A stretch of 64,000 bases of DNA from Klebsormidium nitens (Eukaryota; Plantae; Klebsormidiophyceae): the NCBI GenBank assembly GCA_000708835.1, contig DF236999.1, forward strand, positions 124,001 through 188,000, given 5' to 3'. Numbering within the stretch: the stretch's first letter is position 1; the number at the start of each line of letters is the position of its first letter. Under the pieces are notes generated by a model. The model searched no databases, was not told where the DNA came from, and saw only the letters and a program-made list of their open reading frames with translations. Positions 48,123-61,467 of this stretch are shown in pieces. The translations under genes and the position numbers were made by a program.

Positions 48123-48995
48123 CGTGATTGGCACCCTCGACTGCAAAGCTTGACGTGTATGATAAGAACAATACGATTCGGCCCTTCAAAGCATTCTGAT
48201 CTTCACACCTGAAAGCGCTTTCAAAGTTCGTTGTCTGTGTAAAAGAATCTGAATGCCCCCTATGGATGTTTGCCGCAAGTGGGCTAGCACCGAAGAAACA
48301 CCAAACAACTCTAGCGCTCTGAATTACCTGCAAAGCCCGCAATGGGGGAAGTGAAGGAGCAATGCGAGGAGCAATAGCGATGCAGGACACCATTGATGAT
48401 TGCACGCTTCGCACTGGCAGCTAGCATAATCCACTTTCACTAAGCCCAGCATATTGAATCCGCCATATCTCGGAAAATTCCTTTAGATTACTGTATATAT
48501 ACGGGCTTTTTGGAAAGCGGCAATCGTCATAACACTGCCAAGTTAAATACATAGGTACAATGGTATGCTTTAGATTGTTTAGTGAGGCTCATATTTCAAC
48601 AGAGCGTTGCCATATTGGCTGTATTTCTACTGGGCACCTGGGTAACCGGGCTCAGCTGCAGGCGCAACTTATATCCAAAGATTTTCAGAGCCGTTCATCC
48701 AACCGTTCAAATAATATATCTTTTGTGATCGACGGTTTTCGCAGAGGACACCGAGACTTTCTAGCAAGGCTCGAGATTTTGCAATATGGTCGGTGAAAAC
48801 TGCCGAGTATTATCCAGTCTGCAGTGCAGATTGTAATTGCCATCCTGCAAACAAACAGCCCGAGTTGCACAGGAATCTCTCTCTTTCAGTTTCACTTCGC
48901 AATCTTCATCTTTCACTGTTCAGGGAGGCTTGGACTTGACAGAGCGTTGTGGAGCCCTACATTCCGACGCCATTCTTCGTTTAAGTTCAGCAGCC

Positions 48996-50999
48996 ATGGC
49001 TGCTACTGCAACTTTTGCCCGTAGTGTGTTGTCGCAGTTTGTTGGCACGTCTGTTTCCACAGCAGCCAAGACAGTGTCCACCCGGGCAATCTCTGCCTTC
49101 CCTAGGCAGGGGGTCAGGGCAGCTCCTCTTGGTCTAAGCCTGGAGCTGCCGTTCGCCGCTGGACAGCTGAGGCCTGCCGTTCTCTCCAGAAACTTCTCTC
49201 AAGTAAAGGCAGCCGCTCTGGATGAGGAATTTAGTGTGGGAACAGCAGAGGAGGCTGATGCTGGCTTCGATGCCGCACCCCCCGCTCCCGCTGCACCACC
49301 TCAGGGAACAAAGCTGTATGTTGGCAACCTGCCCTGGAGTGTCGATAGCGAGAGCCTGGCAGAACATTTCCAGCAGGTTGGGAATGTGGATATGGTTGAG
49401 GTGAGAGAGTCGAGCACTCTTCTCTGTGGTAATGGTGTGGAGCTACAGTCTGCTTTTCTTGGAGGCTCAGTGCTTCAGTCTTAGTCCAAGGTCAGTGCAT
49501 CAGTGTTCGAAGCATGCTGCAATCGCAAACATGGCCCTGACTCCTGTTTATGTGTTGCAAGGTCAAAAGATTCTCTTTTGTGCTTTGAATATCCTTTTGC
49601 ATACAAACTTAGTGACTTTTGTGATTCGCAGGTCATCTATGACAGAGAAACCGGCAGGAGCAGAGGGTTTGCTTTCGTGACTTTCGCCACACAGGCTGAG
49701 GCAAATGCTGCCATTGAGCAGCTAGATGGCACAGTGAGTCCATTTTCCATTTTATGTTTGTCAATTGTTGGTGAATTCGTCCTTTGATCCTTGAAGAAAG
49801 GCTCGCTCTATGCAGCCACTCTGATGCGCACACAGCGCACCATGTTTGTGATACAAACATCAACCAAATAGTCTGTTCTTTGCAAATTTTCTCCGTCTAT
49901 TGCCAAGGTCAGCTACAGCGCATCAGCGCGACATATATACAGAGCCTTTTGGTAATGGTGTGCTTTGTGACTGTGCTTTCAGGACTTGGGTGGCCGCTCC
50001 CTCAGAGTGAACTATCCCAACCCTACCGGCACAAGGACTGAGAGGACTGAGAGGCCCCCCAGGCCCGCTGGTGCTGGTGGCGCCGGGGGCAGGAGGAACG
50101 ACCCTAACAAGCTGTACGTTGGGAACCTGTCATGGGGAATGGACGACTTGGGCCTTGAGGAGCTTTTCGCAGAGTTCGGGGCTGTTAGTGACGCAAAGGT
50201 TGTCACAGACAGGGATACGGGACGGTCAAGAGGGTTTGGTTTCGTCACCATGTCATCGGGTCAGGAGGTGAAGGAGGCTATCACAGCACTTGACGGAGTG
50301 GTGAGTGCTTGACCTGCCTTGGCCTTGAGCAGACTGCCAGTCTTCCTGCAAATCCATCCTTGGAGCTGTTTCTGATACCTGACGAGTGGCAGTTACATTT
50401 CTAGACCAGTCCTATTTGCTGGATTTTGAGTAGCTTGTCAACACCATTACCAGATGACATTTGTGCTGGCAATTGGCTTGTATCTGTGTTTTTTGCACCA
50501 AAAAAGTCGCAAGCAATATCCGCCTGCAACTTTCTTGGCAGTGTTCTCAAGTGGTCAGGGCAGCACATTGTGTATATTGTAGTGTGCCAGGAAGCTGGCA
50601 AGCTTTACGGGGTCTCTCACAAGGGCTGTCAGCTGGGGTAAAGAGGCGCAAAGCCATTAAAGTTGGGATTCATATGCGGTCCAGTCTTAAAACTAACAGA
50701 ATTGAATGCTACTCTTGAAGAGGACTGACAATCCACTAGGCCACCTTGCATATAGACCACCTTTCAGCAATATCAGTTAGCTACCTCCTTCGGAGACATG
50801 TGCAGGTTCTGAGCTGCCCCTTATGCTGTTGCAGGAAGTGGACGGCCGTATTCTTAGGGTGAACCAAGCTAACCAGGAGGGCGCCGGCGGTGGTGGCGGC
50901 CGTGGTGGCGGCGGCGGTTTCGGAGGTGGCCGCAGAGAAGGGGGCTATGGAGGCGGCGGCGGTGGCGGTGGCGGCTATGGGAGCAATGACGGGTGGTAG
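48996..50999 (+). CDS. Chloroplast ribonucleoprotein (cpRNP, CP29/CP31-like): transit peptide, two RRMs and a Gly-rich tail
   Basis: Ser/Ala/Arg-rich N-terminus and short acidic stretch; RRM1 KLYVGNLPW...[10 protein letters not shown]; RRM2 KLYVGNLSW...[10 protein letters not shown]. Exons approximately 48996-49400, 49632-49733, 49984-50301 and 50836-50999. Confidence 0.92.
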
Positions 51000-52039
51000 G
51001 GGATGAGAGCAAGGTCTAGAGCTTGGGGAATCGTGACATTTGTGTTCAGTAGACATTTCGGAAGGTTCTGTTCCTGTCCACATAGGTTTTGGTTACTCCT
51101 ACGGGTTGGGTCTCACAAACGAGTGTTCTTATCAGGATAGGAAATGTCTTTGCGCTCTGCTCTACAAGCATATGGAGCATCTGAAAGCCTGCAGACTTGG
51201 GACATGGTCTCCCGGGCTGCTGGTTGCTGCTCTTCCTCGCAGAGGGCCTTCCGAAGTGAGGTATGATACTGCGATCAGCGTACAAATCAGACAAGCGGCC
51301 TTTGGTTGTCACAAACATTCATTTCAGTATCTTTCAAACCGAACGGTGTACACTGCATCGACCCAGCTCAAGGTTGTTCAATGAGCGGAAGTTTGACATT
51401 TGATCTGTTTAAAGTAATTTGCGATGACAAGCAAACTTATTGGCAAAGAGCAGGCCCATCCCCTCGCTTTGCGAGGAACTGACGCTCTGATGTGTATACG
51501 GTCCACTTGCGCACTGAATATGATTATTGTACTTATGCTAGTCAAGGTCCCAATCTCGTATCGACTGCCATGCAGCAAAACTAAATAATGTATCATGTTG
51601 ACCGAGTATGGTTGAACAAGTCAGTCAGAGTTGCACATGCTTAGTAAGTGCCACGAATTCGAAGTCGCCACATGTATATATCATTTCTCAATTGACGCAG
51701 CCCGTGGAATTTGAATGCATTGCTATATGTACAGTTGATGCTTAACACTGATGCATCATTAATGCGGGTGTTTTTTCATCTTTGTCAGCCACATAGCTGA
51801 GACGGCCACAAGCCTCTTGATCCGCCATGCACACATGTATGTGACTCTAATATTGTCTTCTTCTTCAAATGCGCGCGTGAGTCTATGCTCCACCTACCAA
51901 ACGATTGTAATGAATTGCAGTAGCATGCGGCATGTAGCATTGCGCAATTGAAATTGCAACTTTCCAAGTTACTAGCATGGCCCCAAGCCACGCTTAGTAC
52001 CGGAATCAATTCGAATTGTCCGCAAAGTGTTCCTGCCAT

Positions 52040-54127
52040 TCACGAACCAATCTGGCCGCTTGAAGTTGTAGGTTCACACTTTTGGATCTCCAAATCGACC
52101 TGCAAGAAGGTAAAAAGTTGGACCCAAGCAAGAGGTGTGCGTAAACGGGGAGGATTGGTTTCTCAAGGATGAGCGGCTCACGAATCTAGAGAACTTGGGT
52201 ACCTGAATGCATGTGGCACACCCATCTAAGGTGGACAGGGAGCGTACAAACCGGCCAGGTTGGACTGTATAATGCACTCAACCGGATTAGCAGTATTCAA
52301 GTAAGGGCAAAATGCACAAGGATAGACAAGCGGATTGTAAGTGCTCCACTAATAGAGTCCAAAACACAAGGGCGACCTGTTACCTTGATATAGGCAGGGT
52401 GTGATCCGATGGCAGCCATGACAGTCTTGAAGCTCTGCATTAGGAAAGGTGGAACAAGGCTAGAGACGTCTTCATCTCACCGCTCGCAGAAAAGGTCAAG
52501 GAGAGGTGGAAGTATCGTTGGAATTACGAATCACGACTGCTGTACCCGTTGATCTATGAACGGGCTTGCTTGTCCTAGAAGCTCAAACATCGAAGATTGT
52601 TGGAAAACCAGGATGGAGAAGCGACAATCTAGGAGCAGACAAAACAACATCATCAGGTACAGTTCCCAAGAGCTGGACTGCTATCAAACAAGCAAATCTC
52701 ACCTCCCCTCGAACACTGAGACGAACTTTCTCCTGGCCCTTCTGGACTTCGACTTCTCCATACCGTTCGCTGGTATTATAGACCACTGCAACAAATCACT
52801 CAACAACTCAATCGTCTTTAGCAGCGCAGTCTGCATCACAGAAACAAGTGATTTAGATGTCCCTCTGACATCCTTCGGCATCACTTTTGCAACAGATTCA
52901 CCACAGAAACAGTGGCTGTCTTGCATTTGCACTCAGCGAAGCAGACTTACCTGCACTGACAGCTATGAGCTGATCGCCAACATCAACGAGCCCGCTCTTG
53001 AACGCATTCCCCTCAGGAAAGACCTCCGCGATGAAAATGTTGCCTGCCTTATCCTCCTCTAAAACAATACCTGTGGGAATTGCATCACGTCATTCAACAT
53101 ATTGCGTTTGTCGGTTAGTGCTCACAGACATGGAATTGCCATGATGGATTGCACTGAGGTACAATATCCACCAACGATGTTTGCCTGAGGGGGTGATCAA
53201 TTGGACAGCTGATTGATGCAAGGGCCCAATACACCAAGGCCAGCAATTGACCATGCCTAAGGGAGGAAAACACGAGCAAGCTTTACAGACCGCTTACCCA
53301 AGGGTTTCCCCAAAGTTAGTTTGACTCGGCTGCAACCTGGAGGGGGAATATCTGGTTGGCCCCCTACAAGGCCCGTCTGGACTTCGGATGCAGGATCGGC
53401 GGTGCTTTGACATCGTACAGAAGACTTGTGGGCTGGCCTTGGAAGTGATTGGAGGGAGCTACTTCTTTTTGAACAACCTGGAAAAACTTTGTGGAAGAGT
53501 TGAAATCGGTTGGAGGTTCCTGTTTCTAGTGTATGTCTGTACAAGCAGGAAGGGTAGGGTCAAGCATGTGAGAGGCGCCTTGTCTTTAGAATGCTGATAA
53601 CGTTTCAGAATGTAGTGGCTGGTACGGCTGGCATGTAGAAAATGTGGGCGGATTACACAGACGTGAGCCTAACTCTTCATAGGGTTATGATGCAGAGACA
53701 AATAGAAGACAACTTACAGAGGAATGAAGACCTCTGACAGATTGAGGACTATTAAGCACATTTGGCTGCAGTGATGTACGGGGTCAACCTGGTCGAGAGC
53801 AGAAAGTTGTGCAGGTGACAGAGAGTAGAAGAACTAAGGAACACCACTCCCTAGGTGTGTATGGTGCGCAATCATCATGCAATGCAAGTGCAGAAAGTCA
53901 AAATGAATGTAAGGAAGAGTGCAGGCAACTCACTCACATGTTCGTCTCCTGAAAAGAGGCAGTTGAAGCAACGAAGATCTAGCATTTTCCCTGTCAACGA
54001 CTCGACCGGTTCGTGTCAAACAGCTCTCCTGTATTGGCCAGCCTGGGTTGGAGGGCGCCGCTGAATCTGATGGCATGCAACTTAATAGGTTGCTTGTACC
54101 TCTAAGACCTACCACCGCCTGCGCCAT
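52040..54127 (-). CDS. Small, probably plastid-targeted PDZ-domain protein
   Basis: Transit-peptide-like exons (MAQAVVGLRG..., ...SSVRCQSTAD), then PPGCSRVKLTLGKPLG|...EEDKAGNIFIAEVFPEGNAFKSGLVDVGDQLIAVSA|...YNTSERYGEVEVQKGQEKVRLSVRGE|SFKTVMAAIGSHPAYIK|VDLEIQKCEPTTSSGQIGS*, all at canonical splice sites. Confidence 0.8.
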
Positions 54128-55146
54128 CGCAACTTGCTCTTGCTGGCATGAGCTCCAATAGGAAAACTGAAACGGGAGGTGGGATGCTTCAGCCTTCAGG
54201 TAGAACAACTCAGCTGCCTGCAGCTACTATTGAGCTCAGAAACCACCACCAATGTTGAACTTGAATGCACCCATTGGAATTCGAATCTGCGAAGTTTGCC
54301 TGAACCATTCATGCCGTGCCGAGGCACGAGGGTGCGCGCGCAGGGCCCCGGCCGACGAAGATGCTCGCACGCGCGGCGGTCGGCCACATTCGTCGCTGTC
54401 CGCTTGGTATTGATGACGGAACCGGAAACCATGGCAGTTGACAATGGACATTCTCAACTTTCGGGACTTCTGAAGTCTCAGCCACAAACATTTGTCAATC
54501 ATGCGCTTGCCACATTCAAGCCGTCTGGAACTTTCAGCTGGGCCGAGCCGCACGAATTACTGACACGTATGACACTTCACATGCCACCTAAGCTGTCAAA
54601 AAGTGCTCCCTACAGCAGCTTTGTATCAGCAGGGTTGACCAGGGCTCCTTTCAAGAGCATCCTAGCCCGATACTGGCTGGTAACAATCTGCTGTACGGAG
54701 AATTTCATGGTCAAGACTGGTGTGGACTGACGTGGATGGCCGCGTGAGTCGCCGCTTAGATCCAGCGCCAGGTCAAGTTCGACGTGGCAGGGTGCGCAAC
54801 TGACGAGGCGGGGGGGTGCATTTGACACCAGTGAAATTGAGCATGTCCTTGGGGAGGGGTCGAGGAGAGGGCGGTGTCAAAGTCCGGCGAGAAGGAAGCG
54901 CGCAACAAATGTCAAAACGTGCTGACAGCTGAGGCATCATGGTGGTGGCCCTGCAGGGAACCCGGGGAAGGAAGGAGGGTCGAAGTGTCGGGAAGGGACG
55001 TTGTATGGGGATGCAATTTGCGGGGCGCTACGATCAGCAGAGAGTACAAGTACTTTTTGGTGGCCCTTCCTGAAGATCGGCTGTAAGTATCCATTGATCA
55101 AGTGATCACCAATATTACAAGTTCACAGGTTGAAACAAATGCAGGG

Positions 55147-58100
55147 ATGACGTCTTCGGCGGCTCAACTTGGCAAGGCATCGGGGTTCTACCTTAGCCTC
55201 AAGAGTTGTGATCTCAACAAAGGGAACAAGCATGGTGGGGGTTTACAGCAAAGCGGTGTGGTTCGCGGCAATGTTCTCACTCCAGCATCCTTCCTAGGGG
55301 GAAGATCCACTCGTTTGTTCTTGAAGCCAGCTGTGGTTGCCCCGCACAGGTCCTGTTCAGCGCGGTGTGTAGCAGATGCTCCCCCTAAGCGCACGAAGGA
55401 GGCACTTAGTTCAGCTAAGGATGAAGTTTCCCAGACCTGGCAGTCGTCAGAGCCCGCTCTGCTGCCTCTTCCTGCAGTGGGCATCCCATCCTCTCTAAAA
55501 TTTCTCTGGTTCAACGGCGATCAGAAGGACAGGTCAGCAGCTAACGTCCTCAACAGAGTGAGCAGCATCACTGGTGATCGTGTTAAGCACACCAAGTCCA
55601 GCAGGGTTTCCATTGGGAGTTTCGATGAGGTGGACCCAGGGTACTTGTCTGATGACGAAGGTGTCTGCTGGGTGGACGGTGGTGAGGGCTTGTATGGTTG
55701 CTCAGCGTCTTCGATGAGCCCCTTTGAGACCCCACAGGTCACTTCAACCACTCCTGAGGAGTTGTATGACGCTTCAGAGCAGCTCAAGAAGGGGGAGCTT
55801 CTGCCTCTCCCGCCAGCTCCCCAGAAGAACTCCTGGATCCCCCAGCATCTCATGGGGCTGCATACGATGTGGCGAGGTCTGCGGGGCAGTCTGCGGCAAG
55901 GATCCGTGGGAGCTGAAGAGGCTGTTGTGGAGGAGAAGGTTGAGCAGGAGAAGGATGTCAAGATTGAGCAGCCTCAGAAGAAGGCCAATGTCTGGGCGAT
56001 GGCAGCGCTGCTGAACTGGCAGAAGGAGGAGGCGGACAAGGAGGAAGCTGCTAGGAAGGCTAAGGGGTGCGGTGAGTGTCCGCAGGGGGAGGAGGGGGAG
56101 GATGTGTGCTGCTTGGACGGACAGCCCCCCCGGGGGGCGTTGGCAGAGGTTCCGCGGGTACAGGTGGCCCATGACAAGGAGAGCTTTGCGCCCTTCCTGC
56201 AGAAGGCGAGTGTGCAGGAGCTCCGCACGGTTGCGCTGCTGAGCAAGATGTGCGATCTGGCGTACTACATCCCACTGCTGTCGGTGAGCCTCTGATCCTG
56301 ATCACTGTTGGGAAAGGCTGGTGTTGAGTGTTCATTTTGGTCAGGTTGGGGGTTGTTTGTGTGCCCGTTTTGATTGTACAATGAGAGGCGGAGGTTTTTT
56401 GGTAGCACCCGAGGATTAGTGAGATAAACAATCAAGGCTGATCGCTCTTGATCCTTGATCACGATACTTCCCAGCTGCTTCCGATCGCAGCTAGGACTGG
56501 CCGTGAGCTTATTCTGTTGAGGTGGGGTTACAATCAGTTTGCTTGAATTCCTGTCCTATTTTTGCCCTTGAAGTTTCCGCAGCTGCATTATTCATGGACC
56601 ATTCTTTGATTTCTAAAAGTTTGTTGCATTCTCAGGGGGGCGCTGCCTCCTTACCAAAGCAAAATGAAATGATTACACTGTATGTTTGCTTTCTTTCTGG
56701 AAGGCTTTGCTGAACACCATTTTGTATCTGAATCTGCAGGACGGTGATCTCTTCCGGCAGTACCGCCTGCGGCTGCACACCACCTCTCTGGAGGTCAAGG
56801 CGCACGCCACCCGACAGCAGCTCAAGGAAATGGAGGCTGCCAAGGAGAGCGCGTCTGAGCGGGACCGCCAGGCCACTGCAAAACTGGCTGACGCTGTCCT
56901 ATCCTATGTTGCATCCACTCCTTCGACGGCATATGCCCTCGCAGCGGCTGCCGCCAACTCCGCCGTCTCTTACATCCCCTCATCCTTCCAGCCGTTTGGT
57001 GTGAAGAGCTCGGAGCCAGAAAAGCCGAGCGCATCGCTGCTCGACAATAGCAGCGAGATGAACGCGAGCGAGATCATCATTCAGCACGATAGTCCGCACG
57101 CAGAGATCTCTGGAGCGGGGGAGGACGAGCCGCCCTCCGTCTTGGACTTCTCAGAAACGAACGCGATAATTGGGGGGGCAACAGAGCAGGGCAAGGCTGA
57201 GTCAGCGCTGACATCAGCAGACGAGTCAGCGTTGACGTCAGCTGCTGAGTCACCAGCAACAATGGAGGGCGAGGCAGCAGCTGAGTCAGCAGAGACAGAG
57301 CCGGTGCCAATGTGCCCCTGTGAGTGGTTCATTGCTGACGACATGAGCAGCCGGACTCGCTACTTCGTCATCCAGGTAAGGGGGTCCCCTTTGCATGCAT
57401 GCACTATCTTCTTGTGTGTGGCTCATTCTTGTTGATAGTTTGATGCTAACAAGCTCTTTCAACAAAAGGTGAATGGTTTTGAGAGCCTCTGCAACGAAAG
57501 AGGGGTCGTTTTTCCTCGTCTGTTTCAGGCACACTCCCCTTCGTTTCTCTTGCTTGCTCCAGTTTTAATCCTTTGTTTGCATCTCAATTGCTTGATTTTG
57601 TCCGCCTAATTAACCTGTTTGTTGGGGCCCTTTTTGTCGGTCAGACACAGTCTGACAACGTTTTGTCCTTTCGCAGGGTTCCGACTCGCTGGCCTCCTGG
57701 CAGACCAACTTCTCGTTCGAGCCCGTTCCCTTCGAAGACCCTGCGCTTGGGATCATGGTCCACCGCGGGATCTACGACGCCGCCAAAGGGCTGTACGCAC
57801 AGCTCCTACCTTTTGTGAAGCAGCACATGAAGGACAACAACGGCCACACACCGCGCCTCCGGTTCGCGGGGCACTCCCTCGGGGGCAGCCTGGCAATCAT
57901 GATGTCATTGATGATGCAGATCAGGGTGAGGAGCTTTTGAGGATTTTGTCGATTTATACCTCGAGCCGTAAAACGAGTTCGAGGTGTGAATGGTGAAAGA
58001 AGTTTGTGGTTGCTTCAGTGGCTCGACCTGTGCATGCATACATGTTCAAGGTTCAGAGCATGCAACCTGCTTGAAATCAAGGGTTTTTCTTTTGCTTTCT

Positions 58101-59967
58101 GACTTTTCAGAGCCCGTGAGAAAGATTCCCGTTTGTCCTCGCCTCCTAGCTCGTCATGTTGGTTCACCGCCCAAAGCTGTCTCCACGTATCGGGTCAATC
58201 TTTTTAAGCTTGCTGCGGTATAATCCAGGAATCGGTCTTAGAGAAGCAGGCCTTCAACCTAACGCTTGAGCTGATAGTTTTCCCATTCATTACTGCAGGG
58301 CGACATTCCCAAGGACGCCGTTTTGCCCGTGCACACATTCGGCGCCCCGAGCATCATGTGCGGCGGGGATCACCTGCTGGGGGAGCTGGGGCTGGCCCTG
58401 AACCACGTGGTCAACGTCGTGATGCACCGCGACATCGTCCCGCGCGCGTTTGCGTGCGACTACCCTGACAGCGTGGTCGAGGTGCTGCGCAGGATGGGCG
58501 GGGGGTTCAAGGACCATGCGTGCCTCAAGAACCTGGTGAGTTGTCCGGCCATCTTTGGCACTGTCTGGAAAGTGACTTTTTAAATTTGCGGTTGCTCTGC
58601 GGTCTCGAGTTTCTTGCTGAACTCCTGTTTGTTCAAAAGTTGAGATTCTGCTTTATTTGAACGACTGAGTTCTCTCGTTGCAAAGCCGTAGGTGGAACGA
58701 TCTCGGTTGGGTCTCCCTATTTCTGCTTCCCACCAGCTTTGTTGGAGAGTCGTTTGACTGCTGTGGTGGACGAAAATTGGTTACCTACAATAAGGCAGTA
58801 ACGGCACGCTCGTGGGATCGAGTGTAACTAGATCAGGACCCGGACGGGTCCGTGGGGCATGCCATTGGGGAAGCTGCAGGAGTTTTCAATATCACTGAAT
58901 CTGACGGCACGAACAATGCGTCAAAGAACCATCGACGGCCTGCGACACTCATGCCGAGGTTCGCCGACTCTCTCAGTGCGTAGATAATACCGATCGGACG
59001 GTCGAAATAATTAGATAATCGATGATTTTGAAAGAAAATAAGGAAAAGGTGGGTCAAAATTGGGCACCTCTGCGTATGCGGTGCAAACGTACAACCTTCC
59101 CAACTAGACAGTACACCAGCGAGAACCCTTATAAGAACGCGACGTCGTACAGCATTACTTTTCAAGTCATCCCTACGGCTTTCGCCATTTTCAACTATAA
59201 TTCGCATTCCGCGAAACGGAACGCCGGAACATCACAATATCGCCATCGGAACGGAAAGAAGAAGGCTGAAAACGGCATGCCAAAAACGATAGTAACACGT
59301 TCTTGCCATCTCGACTGACATTTCTCCTCCCCTTTGTCTGCAGAATCTGCTCTTCGCACCCATGGGCGTCATGATGGTCCTCCAGCCGGACCAGGACCAA
59401 GCCCCGTACCACCCTCTGCTCCCCGCGGGGGGCGCGCTCTACCAGATCCGCCACCCCCGGATCAAGCCCCAGGAGAACAAGGAGCGCCGGCGCGAGAAGC
59501 TGACCGAAGTGCGCTCGGCGCAGCGCGCACTGCTCAATACGCCTCATCCGCTGGAGATTCTGTCCGACCCGCGTGCGTATGGCAATGACGGGACGATCAG
59601 CCGGGATCATGACCCGCGGAATTACACCAAGGCGCTGAACGCGATCCTGCGGCAGGAGAGCCGGCGGCAGCGTCGGAGGCTACGGGCGGAGCGGCGGGTG
59701 CAGGGGTGGGCGCCGCTGGTTGGAACTAGAGCAACGGAGAAAGAGGCGGGCGTTTCGGAAACGGTGCCGGTGCGGGGGGGCGTGGCGGGACTTGCGATGG
59801 TGGGGAGTAAGAGGGGGGGAAAGTGGGAGCAGGAACGGGAGGTGGTGGAGTTGGGGAGGCAGAGGAGTGGGGGCGTGAGGAGCCAGACGCTGAGGGAGCG
59901 GTCGAGGCGGTACTTGGATTTGCTGAAGGCGAAAGCGATGCGGGTGGGGGCGGCGCAGTCCAGCTAA
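55147..59967 (+). CDS. Plastid lipase, PLIP1/2/3-like phospholipase A1 (lipase class 3), 5 exons
   Basis: PCEWFIADD...RYFVIQ|[23 protein letters not shown], catalytic [52 protein letters not shown]...[10 protein letters not shown]. Exons 55147-56283, 56740-57375, 57677-57925, 58299-58535 and 59344-59967. Confidence 0.93.
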
Positions 59968-61467
59968 CATCCCGGCGGAAAAGTCAAGATTGCTCGCACA
60001 TGTTTTTGTACAGGGTAGGAGATCGGTGGGTTTGGCGCGGGAGATGTCTATCTCTCTGCTCATAGAGGTAATATAGACTGCCCGGGGAGTGGCTGGTCTT
60101 GTCACCATAGAAGGGGCACATTGCCCCGGATCATCCGCATGACAACAAGGAGCACCCCTGTTGTCCAAAATGTAGAATATTGCAGACCTCCTCTGGTGAC
60201 CTGAACGATTTCTCACAGGCTGGGTTGGCCATTCCAACCCCTATAGAGGTTCTTGACATTGTAGACACATTGAAACTCCAATGCTCGCTTATCCAATAGC
60301 TTGCAGATAGTGTAGGACTTGAAGATCTAGCAATAGGAACAGTGTGCAGATTCTTATGAGCTTTGTGTTTACGTCGCGTCAGCTGTAGTGCAGTGTATCA
60401 GCTTTGTAGATACTCAAATTGCTCGGCTGTAAAACTACCATTATATCAACCGAAAAAGCACATCTTCATCCAGCTAGACTTTACCGTTATGGCCCAATTG
60501 TTTTGCGCAGCTCATGCAATGCCGATCCCTGTTTAGTTAGCTGCATGATTGTTATGGCTGGCAAGTGTTGATGCGCGACTCCATTCTGCTGCCGTTGCAT
60601 GGTCGGATTGATGTACGGTAACTGCCAATGCGCCGGATTAGTACATCATGCAGTCGGACTCGACATGCGATTTTTTTTCGCAACGCCTGCCGCGCCGCGG
60701 TGCATTGGCGGCGCCCTTCACATGCACTACATGGCGGCGCGGCCTGGCTACTAAGCAGTGCATGCATGCACGACATGTTGTCATTTAAGCTAGCGTGATC
60801 GGACGCGTACGGTATTTGCCGGTGTGCAATGTGCCAGGGCCTCGCGGCACCAACTTGGGTCGATCAGCTTCGCGGCACCAAAGGCTTGGATCAGCTACTC
60901 GGTCGCTCATGGTGCATGTCGCCATATGCTGGGCTTGGTTGCTTGCAGAGCATGTGCTTGGGCCAACACCCAAGATATGCGGTGCGCGCAGCCCAAGGTC
61001 TGTTAAGAAAAACAGGATGCAGGAATACTGTTCGATGAATAGCGGCCGGCCCGATGACGAATCCCACATGTTTGCACTAGAGGCGCGGCGGCGCAGCTGG
61101 CTGCCATACATTTCAGACCGTGCAATAGGCCGCCAGTTTGCACCGTAATCCACGTCATCCGAATGCGTACGTTTCAAAAGTTCGACAAATTACATGCCGC
61201 TCCCGCTTGCATCGTTGTTTACCCTAGAGTATCCTGTGCTTTAGTTTTTGCCTGCTACTGTGAGCGCAAGCTTTGAGGAATGTCAATTGAAAAAGCACGA
61301 ACCTTGATTTCCAAAGAAGATGTCGAAAACGGATTGCATGGAAAAAGTGCACACTCAAAGGTTTGCCCCCAGGGTGTTGGATGATAAGATCACTTGACAA
61401 AAGCAAGCCGCAATGCACTTCCCTCGAGTCTCGCTGTCAAGTTCCTTCGCTTTTCAGCGGCCCTTTC

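Noticed and set aside
52556-53062. 168-aa plus-strand ORF
   Set aside because: It is antisense to the PDZ gene exons and has no recognisable motif.
58403-58417. 15-nt identity (CCACGTGGTCAACGT) with the left TIR-like site at 13889-13903
   Set aside because: It lies in lipase coding sequence (N-H-V-V-N-V) and is a chance match. It also shows that the 13-bp TIR pair needs independent support.
60550-61200. GC-rich intergenic block with short palindromes (GTGCATGCATGCAC, CTTGGG...CCCAAG)
   Set aside because: No terminal repeats, target-site duplication, long hairpin or coding signal could be defined.
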